This document shows, piece after piece, positions 33,865 through 44,518 of a stretch of 64,000 nucleotides of DNA (the first letter of the stretch is position 1; every line of letters begins with the position of its first letter). Under the pieces are notes generated by a model. That model saw nothing but the letters and a program-made list of their open reading frames with translations. It was not told the DNA's origin and made no database searches. This DNA is from Corallochytrium limacisporum Hawaii (lineage: Eukaryota > Protista > Pluriformea), in NCBI GenBank assembly GCA_002811645.1, contig PDIP01000003.1, positions 310,001-374,000 of the forward strand, given 5' to 3'. A program made the translations under genes and the position numbers.

Positions 33865-34815
33865 GATGATACGATTTCTGTATTGAACCGTGGGTGCTCG
33901 GCCACTCCACGTGGCACTACACAGAGTCACCATATCAAGCCTACTCAAATACCTATGGCCAATGTCGACGAACATTGCAGAAAATAGAACCATGAGACTA
34001 TGTACACGACTCAACATCCACTGGTACTTCATTTGAGAACGTAGGAGTATGCTTGCTTTCATTGTTCCCACTTGTGGGTGTGGCCAAGGGTCTTTGGGTC
34101 CTACCACGACTGTGTGCGTGTCACAGCCCTTTCGAGTCAATCCTAACAACCCTCCCCACTTCGGTTGTGAATATGTGGCACTTTCACTCACCGTGGTGTC
34201 CTGCGGTGTAATGCTCAAAGGCGGATCATTTTGCTTCGGGGTTGGGGTCCCTTCTGTTGAAGACTTTCCCAGTTTTTGTTTTTGGGGCGAGAGTGGCTGG
34301 TTTGTCATCCAGTGGTGGGTGGAATTGGGGAGAGGGTGGGGTGGGAGAGGTGGGACATGTCATAACCGCCGCTATTGGTCTCTGCCTCGAGCTCCAACTG
34401 TGCGGTGCTGCTGGGGAAACCGGATCAAGGTCTGCCCGTGCAAATTTGTGACTGACGGGCTGCGGTCGAAGTCTTCGTCACTCTCATTCCTCTTACCATC
34501 TCACCCACAAGACGAACTCTGTGACATTCAGCATACAAACATTGTAGCACAAGTGTTCGAGAACCGCAAGAAAGACTGGTGCATATTCCCCCACACACAT
34601 CGTATCAGTGGTGTTCCACTATGATTATATGTCCAATATATAATGAATTTAAGTATGCTTCATTTTCAAGGGGGTTTACCAAGCCGAATGGTAGAGAGAG
34701 ACTAAATTTTGAGGGTGGCGGCAGTGCGCTTAAAGCACGTCAGATGGCCAGCGATACATCATCGTCCGTGGGATAAGGATTCTGTTGGAAATCAAGGCAT
34801 TGATATTTGTGTAAA

Positions 34816-36954
34816 CTACTCGACTCCATCGTGGTCTTCCCCACTAGTGGAACGCTTGCGATCGCCACTGCCCCCGTCACCACTGTCACTATCATCACGG
34901 TCACGCTTCGCAGTTTCGCTTACCCCTGTTGCCTCTTCTGAGTTTTTGGAAACATCTTCTGGAACCGAAGGTGATGGTTCCGTTACGTGGCTATCTTTAT
35001 CCCGGGGAGTGGACGTTTGGTTTGCACGATTCTGCTTCTGAAGATAGTTTGAAATGTATGGAGTGGCGCCAACAGTGGACAAGATCGCACCGGTTCCAAC
35101 GCCAACGGCGCCAGCTGCGAGAGCGACAGGCATCATGGAACCTGCCAAGGCCATGAATCCTAAGCCACCCGCAGCCATCGTCAGCATACCCGCGCCCATG
35201 AATCCGTAATGGGCCGCCTTCACAACCGGGGGCTTGATGAATTCTTCCACAACCAAACTCACCAAGATATCCTCTTTTAACTCGTCTACTCCCTTCACCT
35301 CAACGTTGCCGAAATCAAGTTCATCAGGGTCATAACCACGCGCGGTCGTTGTGTAAACTTTGCAGCCTCCTGCACTTCCAGTTAGGGCCTTCTGCCACTG
35401 GGTAACCATCCGTTGCCGGGCTTTTTCACGCAAGGAATCCATGTCATCAGATTTGGTGCGGACAACGAAGACGTTCGCACCGCAGCGTCTTGTGAGGATG
35501 TCAAAATCAACTTTTTGGTTGGTGTCAGCGGACCCGTTCACGACCATAATGCCCAAATTGACCTCCCTGTCACTAAGCTGTTTCATAAGGGCAGCATCAT
35601 GCGCCTTCTCCCTTTTTAGTCGCTCGACCTCGGTTTCTGCATGGTCAACATCGGCGGCTTCATGCAATCCAGGCAAATCCATCAGGAGAAAATGGCCGGT
35701 ATTATCAAGCCATCTTGCATCACAGATGTAGGCCTCTGGGTGTTGCGTAGTGCCAGCCATAGCACCAACTGCAAGGATGTCTGTTTCTTTTGGATCAACT
35801 CCCATAATTGCTTTCAGCAACGTGCTCTTGCCACTGCTTACCTTACCCCAGACTGCCACCACATGACGCTGTAAGGCAGCATTGTCTAGATCCTCAGGCC
35901 TGACCTTCTCGCGGACCGAGATTTCAAAGCGAGGACCTTCTTCCTTGGAAAGCTCAGCAAAAATCTCTGCAGTCTTGCGAATATTTACCTGAAATTCGGC
36001 AATGTCTTCAGTGTCAAGTTCCCTGGTGATCGAGTTTTCAGTCGCTGTTGTGACCTGCTTGTCTTCTGATGCAGTGTCTTCAGTCGTGTCCATTGGGTCC
36101 TTTGACATTGTCGAGTCTTTGGCACTCTCTTCTGATTGATCGTTGTGTTCTGGCAGAGGATGCCCACTTTCGTGCTGTTTCTTGGCCCAATAAGATGAAT
36201 ATGCACTGTAGGCTGCTTCGTACGCACTGGTGGCATACTTCGTTGCTGTATCCACGTAAGATACGGCCGCAGACTGAGCTCCCGCAGCCTTCTCCTCCTC
36301 ACTTGGTTCTCGATCTGTGTTTAAAATCATCTGTGCCGTCAATTTCGGCAGGAGAGAACTGAGGGAGTACCCGGAGGCAACGTCATCCTTTATCTTGCGC
36401 CTTTGCAGTACGTTCTCTGGTGTTGCATCACTTGCTGCACCTTGCTCCTTATCCGAAACTTTCCCTGCCGCATCGATATCAAGAACCAGCATATGATCTA
36501 CAGGAAAGCCATCTCCAATTTCACAGACGTATGCAGCGACGGGGCCTGCCATGACATTGCGAATGCTCTCTGACAGATGGCCATAGTATGTCTGCACCTG
36601 TTGGGATCCGGTCTTCAGAGCATTCTGTACCTTCTCTCGCGTGCTTAGCACAGTGCTAGCAGACATCTCATCCGTGCTGGTGCCGTAAACACCGCTGCCC
36701 ACGAGATCGGGTGCATTAACGTCTAGGTTTTTGATTGTGTCTTCTGTATTTGAGAAGATGTGCAGCTGTTCTCCTGCGCTCAAAGATGGTTCTCCATTGA
36801 CATATGTGAAATATGCACGGATCAGAGCCCGTTTCTGTGGGCTCCTCCGACCAATGAAAGAAATCGTAACATAATTGCCATTGGCTTTGATAATATCCGG
36901 TGTCTTGGTCAATAGTGTTGTCTTCTTCAGGGGTACAGCCTCGCTTTCCGCCAT
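34816..36954 (-). CDS. TRAFAC-class GTPase (MMR_HSR1/Era-like G domain) with long N-terminal region and C-terminal Gly-rich hydrophobic hairpin
   Basis: G1 GKVSSGKST, G2 GTT, G3 DLPG, G4 TKSD; GFMGAGMLTMAAGGLG...AAGAVGVGTGAIL. Confidence 0.8.
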   Translation of the reverse strand: MAESEAVPLKKTTLLTKTPDIIKANGNYVTISFIGRRSPQKRALIRAYFTYVNGEPSLSAGEQLHIFSNTEDTIKNLDVNAPDLVGSGVYGTSTDEMSASTVLSTREKVQNALKTGSQQVQTYYGHLSESIRNVMAGPVAAYVCEIGDGFPVDHMLVLDIDAAGKVSDKEQGAASDATPENVLQRRKIKDDVASGYSLSSLLPKLTAQMILNTDREPSEEEKAAGAQSAAVSYVDTATKYATSAYEAAYSAYSSYWAKKQHESGHPLPEHNDQSEESAKDSTMSKDPMDTTEDTASEDKQVTTATENSITRELDTEDIAEFQVNIRKTAEIFAELSKEEGPRFEISVREKVRPEDLDNAALQRHVVAVWGKVSSGKSTLLKAIMGVDPKETDILAVGAMAGTTQHPEAYICDARWLDNTGHFLLMDLPGLHEAADVDHAETEVERLKREKAHDAALMKQLSDREVNLGIMVVNGSADTNQKVDFDILTRRCGANVFVVRTKSDDMDSLREKARQRMVTQWQKALTGSAGGCKVYTTTARGYDPDELDFGNVEVKGVDELKEDILVSLVVEEFIKPPVVKAAHYGFMGAGMLTMAAGGLGFMALAGSMMPVALAAGAVGVGTGAILSTVGATPYISNYLQKQNRANQTSTPRDKDSHVTEPSPSVPEDVSKNSEEATGVSETAKRDRDDSDSGDGGSGDRKRSTSGEDHDGVE

Positions 36955-37168
36955 CGTGCGCGCCAACACAATGTAACCCACAGCTCAGATATTCAAACTC
37001 GCTCTGATTCTGTATCACATATATGTTTCGCCTCGCATTTCGCCTCGATGCTCTCATCAAGATTTCGGGTGCAATAGTCAGTTTCTAAGAATAGGACCTG
37101 TAGTACCTTCTGTCCGGGTCTCATTGCAGAGAGGGATTTGGCATCGTCAACGGGTCACGGCGCGGGCG

Positions 37169-37198
37169 CCCCCCCCCCGGGGGCCCCCGGGGGGGGGG
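37169..37198. repeat. Perfect 30-bp palindrome C10-G5-C5-G10
   Basis: Read directly; lies in the divergent promoter region. Confidence 0.8.
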
Positions 37199-37471
37199 GT
37201 ACGGAGACTTGGTCTTGCGCACTCGTACATGGACCCAGCACGAAATCAGTTGCATTCGCTGTCGTGGGCATGCTATTTAGAAGAGCCATGAGATTGGCAA
37301 CAAGCGAATTTGATAAAAATTGCATTGGAACGGAGCGAGGCCTGTTCTTCTTCATATGCGATGCTAGTGATCCGTGATCTCTTGTTGATTCTCCTGCGCT
37401 TGCAATTACTGATGCAATAGAAGAAGAAGAGTTTGACGGGCTTGCCAATACAGATGAAATAGAAGAACACA

Positions 37472-38656
37472 ATGTCTTTGCCGGTACATCGCGGAAAGAA
37501 GCCGCCTGAAAATGATCTCATCGCACAACTTATGGATATTTCCAACAACATGAGTGGGAGATTCCTTGTTCGTATGGGTGTGTTGTTCCTTGTGGGGATC
37601 GTAGTGTGTTTCTTCATATTTGTTGGCGGTGATTCTCGGACACAGCGGGAAAAATGGGTGCAGCGTCTAAAGACAGTGGAATCTAAGCAAGCTGGCCAAA
37701 TGCGTACGAACATTATTCTAAGCACGGATCGAGAGCAATTACCAGGCGTTGTTGGCACTATGAGGTCTTCTTTCAACCACACGACCACGGAGGTTCACTA
37801 CAACATTCTGATCGCAGACGACTCAAGCGAGGAAGATCTGTGGACAACGTTCAGATGTTGGGACGCAACTGAGGAGGAAATTGATATGTTTAAGCGGCGA
37901 AGTGAGATCATCATATTCGATTCCGAATTCCTCGATGGCAAGTTCAGGGTGGCACCTGACGACGGAATATCGAATCTATCATCAGTTGCAAACTTTGTGC
38001 GGTTCTATTTCGCAGAGTTTTTCCCGGATTTGGACTATGGAATTTACATGGATGTTGACGTCCTGGTACTCGCGGATATAAGGCAGGTATGGGATGCTCT
38101 GACTTCAACGGATAAGACCTTTGTCGCGGTAGAACGCGCGAAGACTTTTGGATGGAACATTGCCCCCGTGGTGTATCAGATATACGAAGATCGGTACGGC
38201 ACAAAATATCAGGCGGACCAAAAAGCCTTCAACGCTGGAGTCTTTGGCGTCAACCTGAAGCAGTACAGGAAGAAAAAGCTGACGAGTGAGGCGGAATTTT
38301 GGATGCAAGCAAACGCAGAAACGGGCAACCTCTGGCAGTTTGGTACTCAGCCGGTTCAATTGCTGATCTCTCACGGTGACTGGGTGAAGGTTGATCCATG
38401 TTGGAATGTTGATGGCCTTGGACATGGTAAACGCATCACGTTCTCTGCCCTCGAAAAGGCTTGCCTAATGCATTGGACCGGTAAGAAGAAGCCATGGTTC
38501 AAGGAGACACGCATGAAATCACTTTACAATGCTGAGGTCGGAACCATGTGCAACGGCCTAGGCCAATGTCGCACTCTTGTGAACTCTGAAAGAGCAGCAA
38601 AGAACCAAGATCTCTGCTTCTGTGATAATGGATCTACTGGTACATCCTGTTATTGA
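37472..38656 (+). CDS. Glycosyltransferase family 8 (GLT8D/GATL-like), type II membrane, with C-terminal EGF-like module
   Basis: N-terminal TM, NFVRFY, YMDVDV (DxD), FNAGVF, TQP, WNV.GLG, HWTGKKKPW; tail CNGLGQC...CFCDNGSTGTSC. Confidence 0.88.
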   Translation: MSLPVHRGKKPPENDLIAQLMDISNNMSGRFLVRMGVLFLVGIVVCFFIFVGGDSRTQREKWVQRLKTVESKQAGQMRTNIILSTDREQLPGVVGTMRSSFNHTTTEVHYNILIADDSSEEDLWTTFRCWDATEEEIDMFKRRSEIIIFDSEFLDGKFRVAPDDGISNLSSVANFVRFYFAEFFPDLDYGIYMDVDVLVLADIRQVWDALTSTDKTFVAVERAKTFGWNIAPVVYQIYEDRYGTKYQADQKAFNAGVFGVNLKQYRKKKLTSEAEFWMQANAETGNLWQFGTQPVQLLISHGDWVKVDPCWNVDGLGHGKRITFSALEKACLMHWTGKKKPWFKETRMKSLYNAEVGTMCNGLGQCRTLVNSERAAKNQDLCFCDNGSTGTSCY

Positions 38657-38978
38657 CGCAAGAGTTCTGCGTTTGATGCGAGCGATGTGCCCTTACAGCA
38701 CCGTTGCCCTCCTCCCCAGGAAGGCCGCCCCACCCCTCCCCTTGGGTGGGGTGCTGTGTGGTGTGAGCGGTGGCAACGGAAGGTCAGGCGAGCCTCATCT
38801 CAACCGCGTGCGCGGCAATCAAAGACCGCAGTTCTTGTAGGGTATTAGATTTCTCGTGCCCATGTAGAAGGTTAGCAAGTGGCACATCAACTAAGAACAA
38901 ATAAAGAAACCAGGAAAATGTAGTTCGTAGCAAATAGTCAGGACAGCACAGTCCTGCACAAATTACCTGGAAGCTAAT

Positions 38979-41084
38979 ATGGCAAAACGTGTGGTTGAAA
39001 GCACAGAAGACTATGAAAAGCGTACAAAGCGACGGAAGCAGCTCCTATCGGAGCGCAAGCAGTTGCCCATCTGGGAAGGGCGGCACCGGATTGTCGAGAC
39101 ATTAAAATCTCGTCCGGTAATGATCTTGATCGGCGAGACAGGGACGGGAAAGACGACACAGGTACCACAGTTTCTCTATGACGCATACAAAGACGATCCC
39201 CGTACAAGCGTGGTTTGTACACAACCGAGGCGTATTGCTGCCATTTCGGTCGCGCAAAGAGTCAATGAAGAAATATCAGGGGATCGTAAGCGTTTAGGAG
39301 GATTGGTCGGGTATTCCGTTCGTTTCGATCGCAAAGAAAGCCAGTCCACAAGGATTAAGTTTGTTACAGATGGTATGCTTCTCCGTGAAGCACAGCAAGA
39401 CCCGCTGTTGAGTAAGTACTCGGTTGTATTACTTGATGAGGTCCACGAGCGTACAGTTGATACGGATATTGTGCTGGGCATCTTGCGTGACATATTGGAA
39501 CGCGAAAAATCTGGGAACTTTGCGCCAGGCACCAAAAAGAGGAAAAACAAGCTTCGTGTGGTCCTTATGTCGGCCACTATGAACCCGAAGTTGTTTTCAG
39601 ATTTTTTTGGGCCCGATCAGTGTTCTGTGCAGTATGTTGCTGGCAGACAGTATCCTATTGATGTGTATCATGTGGGGAAAGCAGAAGACTGTGAAGATCG
39701 GAACCACGCGGTCGCTGTAGCTGCTTTGCAGTTGCATATTCCCGAACCGCGAATGGACACCCCAGAGCATAAAGCGCTGGTTCATAGTGCTTTACAGCAT
39801 CCTGAAAGATCTAACAATACTTCTGCTTTGGGTTCTATACTTATTTTTAGCACGGGTAGAGAGGAAATCGAGGGAATTTGTCGGTTGCTTCGGACAGCCA
39901 ACCGTGAGTTGGAGAGTTTGAGTGAGCCGCAGTTTGATGTGATTCCCCTCTATGCCGCACTCAGTGGCGATGAGCAACTGAAAGCCTTTGATCCCATCCC
40001 TGAGGGGAAACGGCGTGTAATCGTTGCTACGAATGTTGCTGAAACTTCCATTACCTTACCGAACATCCGATTCGTGATCGATTCTGGTCAGGTCAAAGTT
40101 AAGCGATTCGATGCCGCAAACAATTTCGACACCTTGCGAACGGAGCTAATAACTAAGGGTCAAGCCCGCCAGAGAATGGGTCGTGCTGGTCGTGAAGGCC
40201 CAGGTGTGTGTATCCGTGTGTACACAGAACGGGATTTTCAGAAGATGGACGAGGATACGACCCCTGAGATCCTCCGTTCATCGCTAACCGGCTCTCTGCT
40301 GTATATGGCTTCCATTGGTATCAAAGATGTGGTGAACTTCAATTACATCAGCAAGCCGGACATTCAAAGCATTGCGAATGCATTGGAGAACTTAGTTTAT
40401 CTAGGCTGCGTCAATGCCGATGAGGGTACAATCACGCCGTTGGGTAAGCAAATATCTCGATTCCCTCTGCCACCCTATCTTGCAAAGTGGATCATCCGGT
40501 CAGCGCAACAAGGTTGCAGCGAGGAAGTCTGTATCATCATTAGCATGCTCAGCAGTGATAATGTCTTCTACGATTCCTCCTCTGCGCAAGATATTGAAGA
40601 CGAGGAGGGAAACAGTCCTTATGCCCGTTTCGTCTCAAAGTACGGTGACCATTTGACACTTTTGAATGTGTGGCGCGCGTATCGCAAGGCCAAGAAGGAC
40701 CGCCATTGGTGCCACGCGAACCGCCTCAATCGTCGGTCCTTGTTGTTTGCGGAGAGTGTACATCGTCAGCTGGTAGAATTGATGACTACCATGAAGCTGC
40801 CCCGGACTTCATGCCAAGACGACCTCCTGACCCTGCGCAAGTCGATCACCGAGTGCTACATTCTCAATTCGGCTGTCAGAATCCGCCCTGGGCTCTATCG
40901 AACCCTGCGGAAACACAGAGAGGTACATATCCATCCGTCATCCAGCATGTTCGGACGGAATGCGGAATGTGTTGTCTTCGCCGAGCAGGTAAGTACATCC
41001 AAAGAATACGTGCGCATAGTGACTGGCGTCGACATTTCATGGGTTTCTAAATTGGCACCCTCATTGTTAGCGGCAAACGTCTAG
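38979..41084 (+). CDS. DEAH-box RNA helicase, DHX33/Dhr2-like
   Basis: GETGTGKTT, TQPRRIAA, TDGMLLRE, DEVH, SAT, ATNVAETSITL, QRMGRAGR, HA2 and OB-fold tail (HPSS). Confidence 0.9.
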   Translation: MAKRVVESTEDYEKRTKRRKQLLSERKQLPIWEGRHRIVETLKSRPVMILIGETGTGKTTQVPQFLYDAYKDDPRTSVVCTQPRRIAAISVAQRVNEEISGDRKRLGGLVGYSVRFDRKESQSTRIKFVTDGMLLREAQQDPLLSKYSVVLLDEVHERTVDTDIVLGILRDILEREKSGNFAPGTKKRKNKLRVVLMSATMNPKLFSDFFGPDQCSVQYVAGRQYPIDVYHVGKAEDCEDRNHAVAVAALQLHIPEPRMDTPEHKALVHSALQHPERSNNTSALGSILIFSTGREEIEGICRLLRTANRELESLSEPQFDVIPLYAALSGDEQLKAFDPIPEGKRRVIVATNVAETSITLPNIRFVIDSGQVKVKRFDAANNFDTLRTELITKGQARQRMGRAGREGPGVCIRVYTERDFQKMDEDTTPEILRSSLTGSLLYMASIGIKDVVNFNYISKPDIQSIANALENLVYLGCVNADEGTITPLGKQISRFPLPPYLAKWIIRSAQQGCSEEVCIIISMLSSDNVFYDSSSAQDIEDEEGNSPYARFVSKYGDHLTLLNVWRAYRKAKKDRHWCHANRLNRRSLLFAESVHRQLVELMTTMKLPRTSCQDDLLTLRKSITECYILNSAVRIRPGLYRTLRKHREVHIHPSSSMFGRNAECVVFAEQVSTSKEYVRIVTGVDISWVSKLAPSLLAANV

Positions 41085-41109
41085 CATTGGATAAAGAATC
41101 AATATACTG

Positions 41110-41394
41110 TTAAAACTCCGTAACCGTTTTATAGTAACTGGCTACCAAATATCTACCATTCATGTTATATCCAGACAAGTTCTTGTGGGCTTCAATTGCA
41201 TCACGTGCTTCTTCATAGACCACGATGGCTGTCCCTTTTGTTGATACTGCATCGCCAGCTCTGATCTGCCTGACATTTCCGAACTGCAGAAACAGCTCCC
41301 ATAGAGATTCTCCACTGGTGTCGAAAGGAAGATTCCTGATTAGCAGGATCCGCTTTTCATTCGACGTGCTACTATCTATTTGTCTTGTGACCAT
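41110..41394 (-). CDS. SF3B6: SF3b p14 subunit (divergent, C-terminally truncated)
   Basis: RILLIRNLPF..LF..FG.VRQIR.G...TKGTA.VVYE...DA..A..NLSGYN..GRYLV..YY matches the p14 RRM. Confidence 0.85.
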   Translation of the reverse strand: MVTRQIDSSTSNEKRILLIRNLPFDTSGESLWELFLQFGNVRQIRAGDAVSTKGTAIVVYEEARDAIEAHKNLSGYNMNGRYLVASYYKTVTEF

Positions 41395-41760
41395 AATGAA
41401 CGCACTCGCAGACATACAATTAATCATCAGCGGTGTATACACGGCGTACCTTGTGGACCCAAGTACCTGTGTGCCCAACCAAAAACCCTCCCAGACTCTC
41501 CCGCGCCCGGTCTCTGACCCGCCAGATGGTGAAGAGTGGCTGATGGGGGGGTTTGAGGGATGGGGGTTTGACCGACCTCTCCAAGGACAGGCAGGTATTC
41601 GGGGAGCGAGTTTAGTTGATGGGTCTGTGTTGATACGCTTTCTCCTTCAGGACTGTTTGTTCTTGATCATGCCACATATCTGCTATGATACTACTATAGA
41701 CGTCACTTTTTGACGGGGACGGATTTGATAGTCATTGCACAAGAGGATTGTAATTGAGGT

Positions 41761-42228
41761 ATGTCGAGTGCCACAAAGATGAAGCACGTGGCCCGTGAGG
41801 CACTCGAAGAGTATCCCGAGGTCGGTGAGAAGCAGGCTGTGGCCAGGGTGGTGAACAATCGGGGAGGAGACCTATTTACAGTAGTGCTCCCGGATGGCAC
41901 TGAGCATATTACGCAGATGCCCACAAAGTTTCAGAAGCGCTTGTGGATCAAGCGCAACGACTATGTGATCATTGAATTCATCACAGAACTAACCAAGGTG
42001 ACGGCAGAAATTGCGCATGTGCTCTACAGCGACCAACAGAAGCATTTAAGGAAGATCGGGCAATGGCCTAAAGAGTTTGAGGAGGAGAAGGCCACAGAGG
42101 AGCCTGCAGTAGTCGAGGACGACGGGGAGGACGACGGAGAAGATGGTGACGAACATGAGGAGGAGGATGACTTCTTCGCAAGTCTCAAAGCGAATAAGAA
42201 CAGAACATACGAAATCGAAGACGTTTAA
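41761..42228 (+). CDS. EIF1AD: eIF1A domain-containing RNA-binding protein
   Basis: MS.ATK.KHV, MPTKFQKRLWIKRNDYVII, GQWPKEF, acidic tail, N.NR. Confidence 0.92.
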   Translation: MSSATKMKHVAREALEEYPEVGEKQAVARVVNNRGGDLFTVVLPDGTEHITQMPTKFQKRLWIKRNDYVIIEFITELTKVTAEIAHVLYSDQQKHLRKIGQWPKEFEEEKATEEPAVVEDDGEDDGEDGDEHEEEDDFFASLKANKNRTYEIEDV

Positions 42229-42256
42229 AGATTGTTGCTCATTCGCGACGCCCACA

Positions 42257-43547
42257 CTATTTTCGTTTTGCAAAAAAGCTCGTGAGCGATGACTGGGATT
42301 TTGCCTGGCTGCCAAACTTTTGGGTTTGCGACTTTGGCGAGGATAAAGGTTTGGTTTGCTGACTGGGCTTCTTCGGCGATTGCTTGGGTGCAGATTGCTC
42401 GGCAGAGATTACTTTTGCACCAGCAGCCTCTTCGGCATTCACTTCTTCCCATACCCATTCGGAAACTATAACAATAAGACAAGACATGAATTCATATAGA
42501 AGTTAGTAAAACGCGCCCATGAACATCCAAACCTCTCTTGCTGGAGTACTTACCATCAAATCCTTCGTCATCAACGTAAGTCTTCTTCACCTTCTTCATA
42601 ATCTTTCCGGGCTTTGCAGCCTGCTTAAACTGGTGTGGTGCAGATTCTTCAGGCTTCGCTGGAGATGTTTTGACTGGTGACATTGCCTGGACCGCATTCT
42701 TCTTCGCATGCAAATCCTCAGGTTCGTCATCTTCATCGACTTCCATCTGGTTTTCTATGTCCTTGGACTCCCGAACCTCTCCTTCTGCTTCGTCTTCCGA
42801 ATCAATCTGGGGCATGTCAACCTTGCGAGCATCGTTCGCCTCAGCGATTTCCTCATCATCTTCGCTGCTTTCATCATCGTCATCTGCAATGTCATCCAGT
42901 GCCTTGCGAGGAGCGGCATTCTGCTTTTCACGAGGCTTCTGACCTTTGTTGAACATTCCCTGCAAGGAACTACCACCTGCAGGTTTGGATTTCGCCACAG
43001 ACTTGGTGGCCACAGGTGCCTTCCTCGCAGTAACACTTCTGACAATCGACTCTGTGGGTTTTCGCGGACTGATTGTCTGTTTGATGCCCAAGCTATCCTT
43101 TGTGTTTGTCTTGAAATTATAGGTGCGGACCTGGTCCTTAGGAACGGCCTCTTCGCAAACGATGCTTTCTGATCCGCCACCGTTTACATGAGGTACATTT
43201 TCCATTTCCCGACAAGCAGCCTGCCTAATGGAACCCGCCTTGTGGTCTGTAATTGCGGGTCCAACACTGTAAACACTGGCATCCTCTACTTCTTCAAAAC
43301 CACCCAGAACGGTTTTGAGGTTTTCATTAACCACAAGGTGATGGCTGCTGTACTTATCGCCCATACGCGTACCAAAGACACTCCATACCACCATGGACGT
43401 ACTAGCACCTTCTGAATGTGCATAGGCATAGAGCAACTGCTTGGCAAAGGTTGGGTGGATGTGAAGTCTCCTGGCCACTATAGGGACAGTGATTACCTCC
43501 TGTCCTTCCTCAATCCATTCGGAGATTTTGTCAATGCTAACACTCAT
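42257..43547 (-). CDS. POLD3: DNA polymerase delta subunit 3 (Cdc27/p66), two coding exons (43547-42554, 42465-42257)
   Basis: N-terminal VIT..VARRL.IH...AKQLLY; splicing joins KTYVDDEGFD-VSEWVWE; C-terminal PIP box QSSLTSFF; alternative in-frame ATG at 43640. Confidence 0.9.
42466..42553 (-). other. U2-type spliceosomal intron (88 nt) in POLD3
   Basis: G|GTAAGT donor, exact TACTAAC (42508-42502), pyrimidine-rich stretch, TAG acceptor; removal restores the conserved frame. Confidence 0.93.
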
Positions 43548-43670
43548 CGTGCTCTTTCCTTGTAGTCTGGCCTTCAGCTGTACTACATCGCGAGAAGGGC
43601 TGCTTTGGCTCTGCTCCTGTTGGCTGTGAACTGAAGGCATCCTCTACTGTGCTTCTATTTGATTTCGATT

Positions 43671-43773
43671 CTGCGTTGTCTGACGCAACAGCGAACTTGC
43701 CAGTACGTCAGTCAGAGCATGACTACCATCCAAAAACCGCACAGAAGTAGCTTCCTCAGCGCATCTCCCTTAC
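43671..43773 (-). other. Candidate 5' UTR intron of POLD3
   Basis: GAG|GTAAGG donor, GACTGAC branch-like (43713-43707), CAG acceptors at 43680 or 43671; size similar to the internal intron. Confidence 0.4.
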
Positions 43774-44518
43774 CTCAGATATTTTCTCGCTGTCCCGCGA
43801 AGGTTCCAGGACCCCTCGCTCTCAGAAGGGACCAGCTTTATGGCGCGAAAACTCAATGTCTCCGAAAGGTGGTAAGAGAAATATATCAATATTATTGATA
43901 TATATATATATGTTCCTGGAAATCAGGAGTCCTATTCTCAGCTGATTGATCCCGATAGTCGCGTGCTCTGCCAGTACTCGATCCACAGGGGGGGGCGAGA
44001 AATATGGTTTGCGCACCGCCACCCGCTCGTTCGTTCCCAGTGGCTCCAGTATTGAAAACGATTTAAAAGATACGACAAAGAAAAGGAGGGTGGGAGAGAG
44101 CAACAGAGACATTGCGGGGCTTCCAAACAAACCATTGACCGCACAAGAAACAACCGCAAACCACGGGCAACACTGCATTATCAACCTCACAGCCTTGTAT
44201 CCGTCCTGAAAGCTTTCCAGAGTCGACGGTGCGCTGCACCTGCTTGGAGACCCAACACCGTGGCAATTGACCAGGAACCACTGAACCTTTTTCACCTTCC
44301 AGAGTGCAAAGTTGTCGCGAATTGAGTGCTGTGTGCTTATCGTAAGGCCCGTCTGGTGCCAAAGACGGCGGTTTCACGGATAACAAGCTCGCAGTTTGAA
44401 GATTGCTTGGGAAACCGTGGTGACGATGATGGTATTAACGCATAGAGGGACTGCTGCAGTAGAGAAACCCCTCAGCGTGAACTGCTTTGGACCCAGACAA
44501 AAGATTTCAAATTCAACA

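Noticed and set aside
33865-34308. 148-aa N-terminal extension of CYB5R in the ORF track
   Set aside because: No family similarity; the normal membrane anchor begins at MDMQQK, so this is probably UTR or promoter
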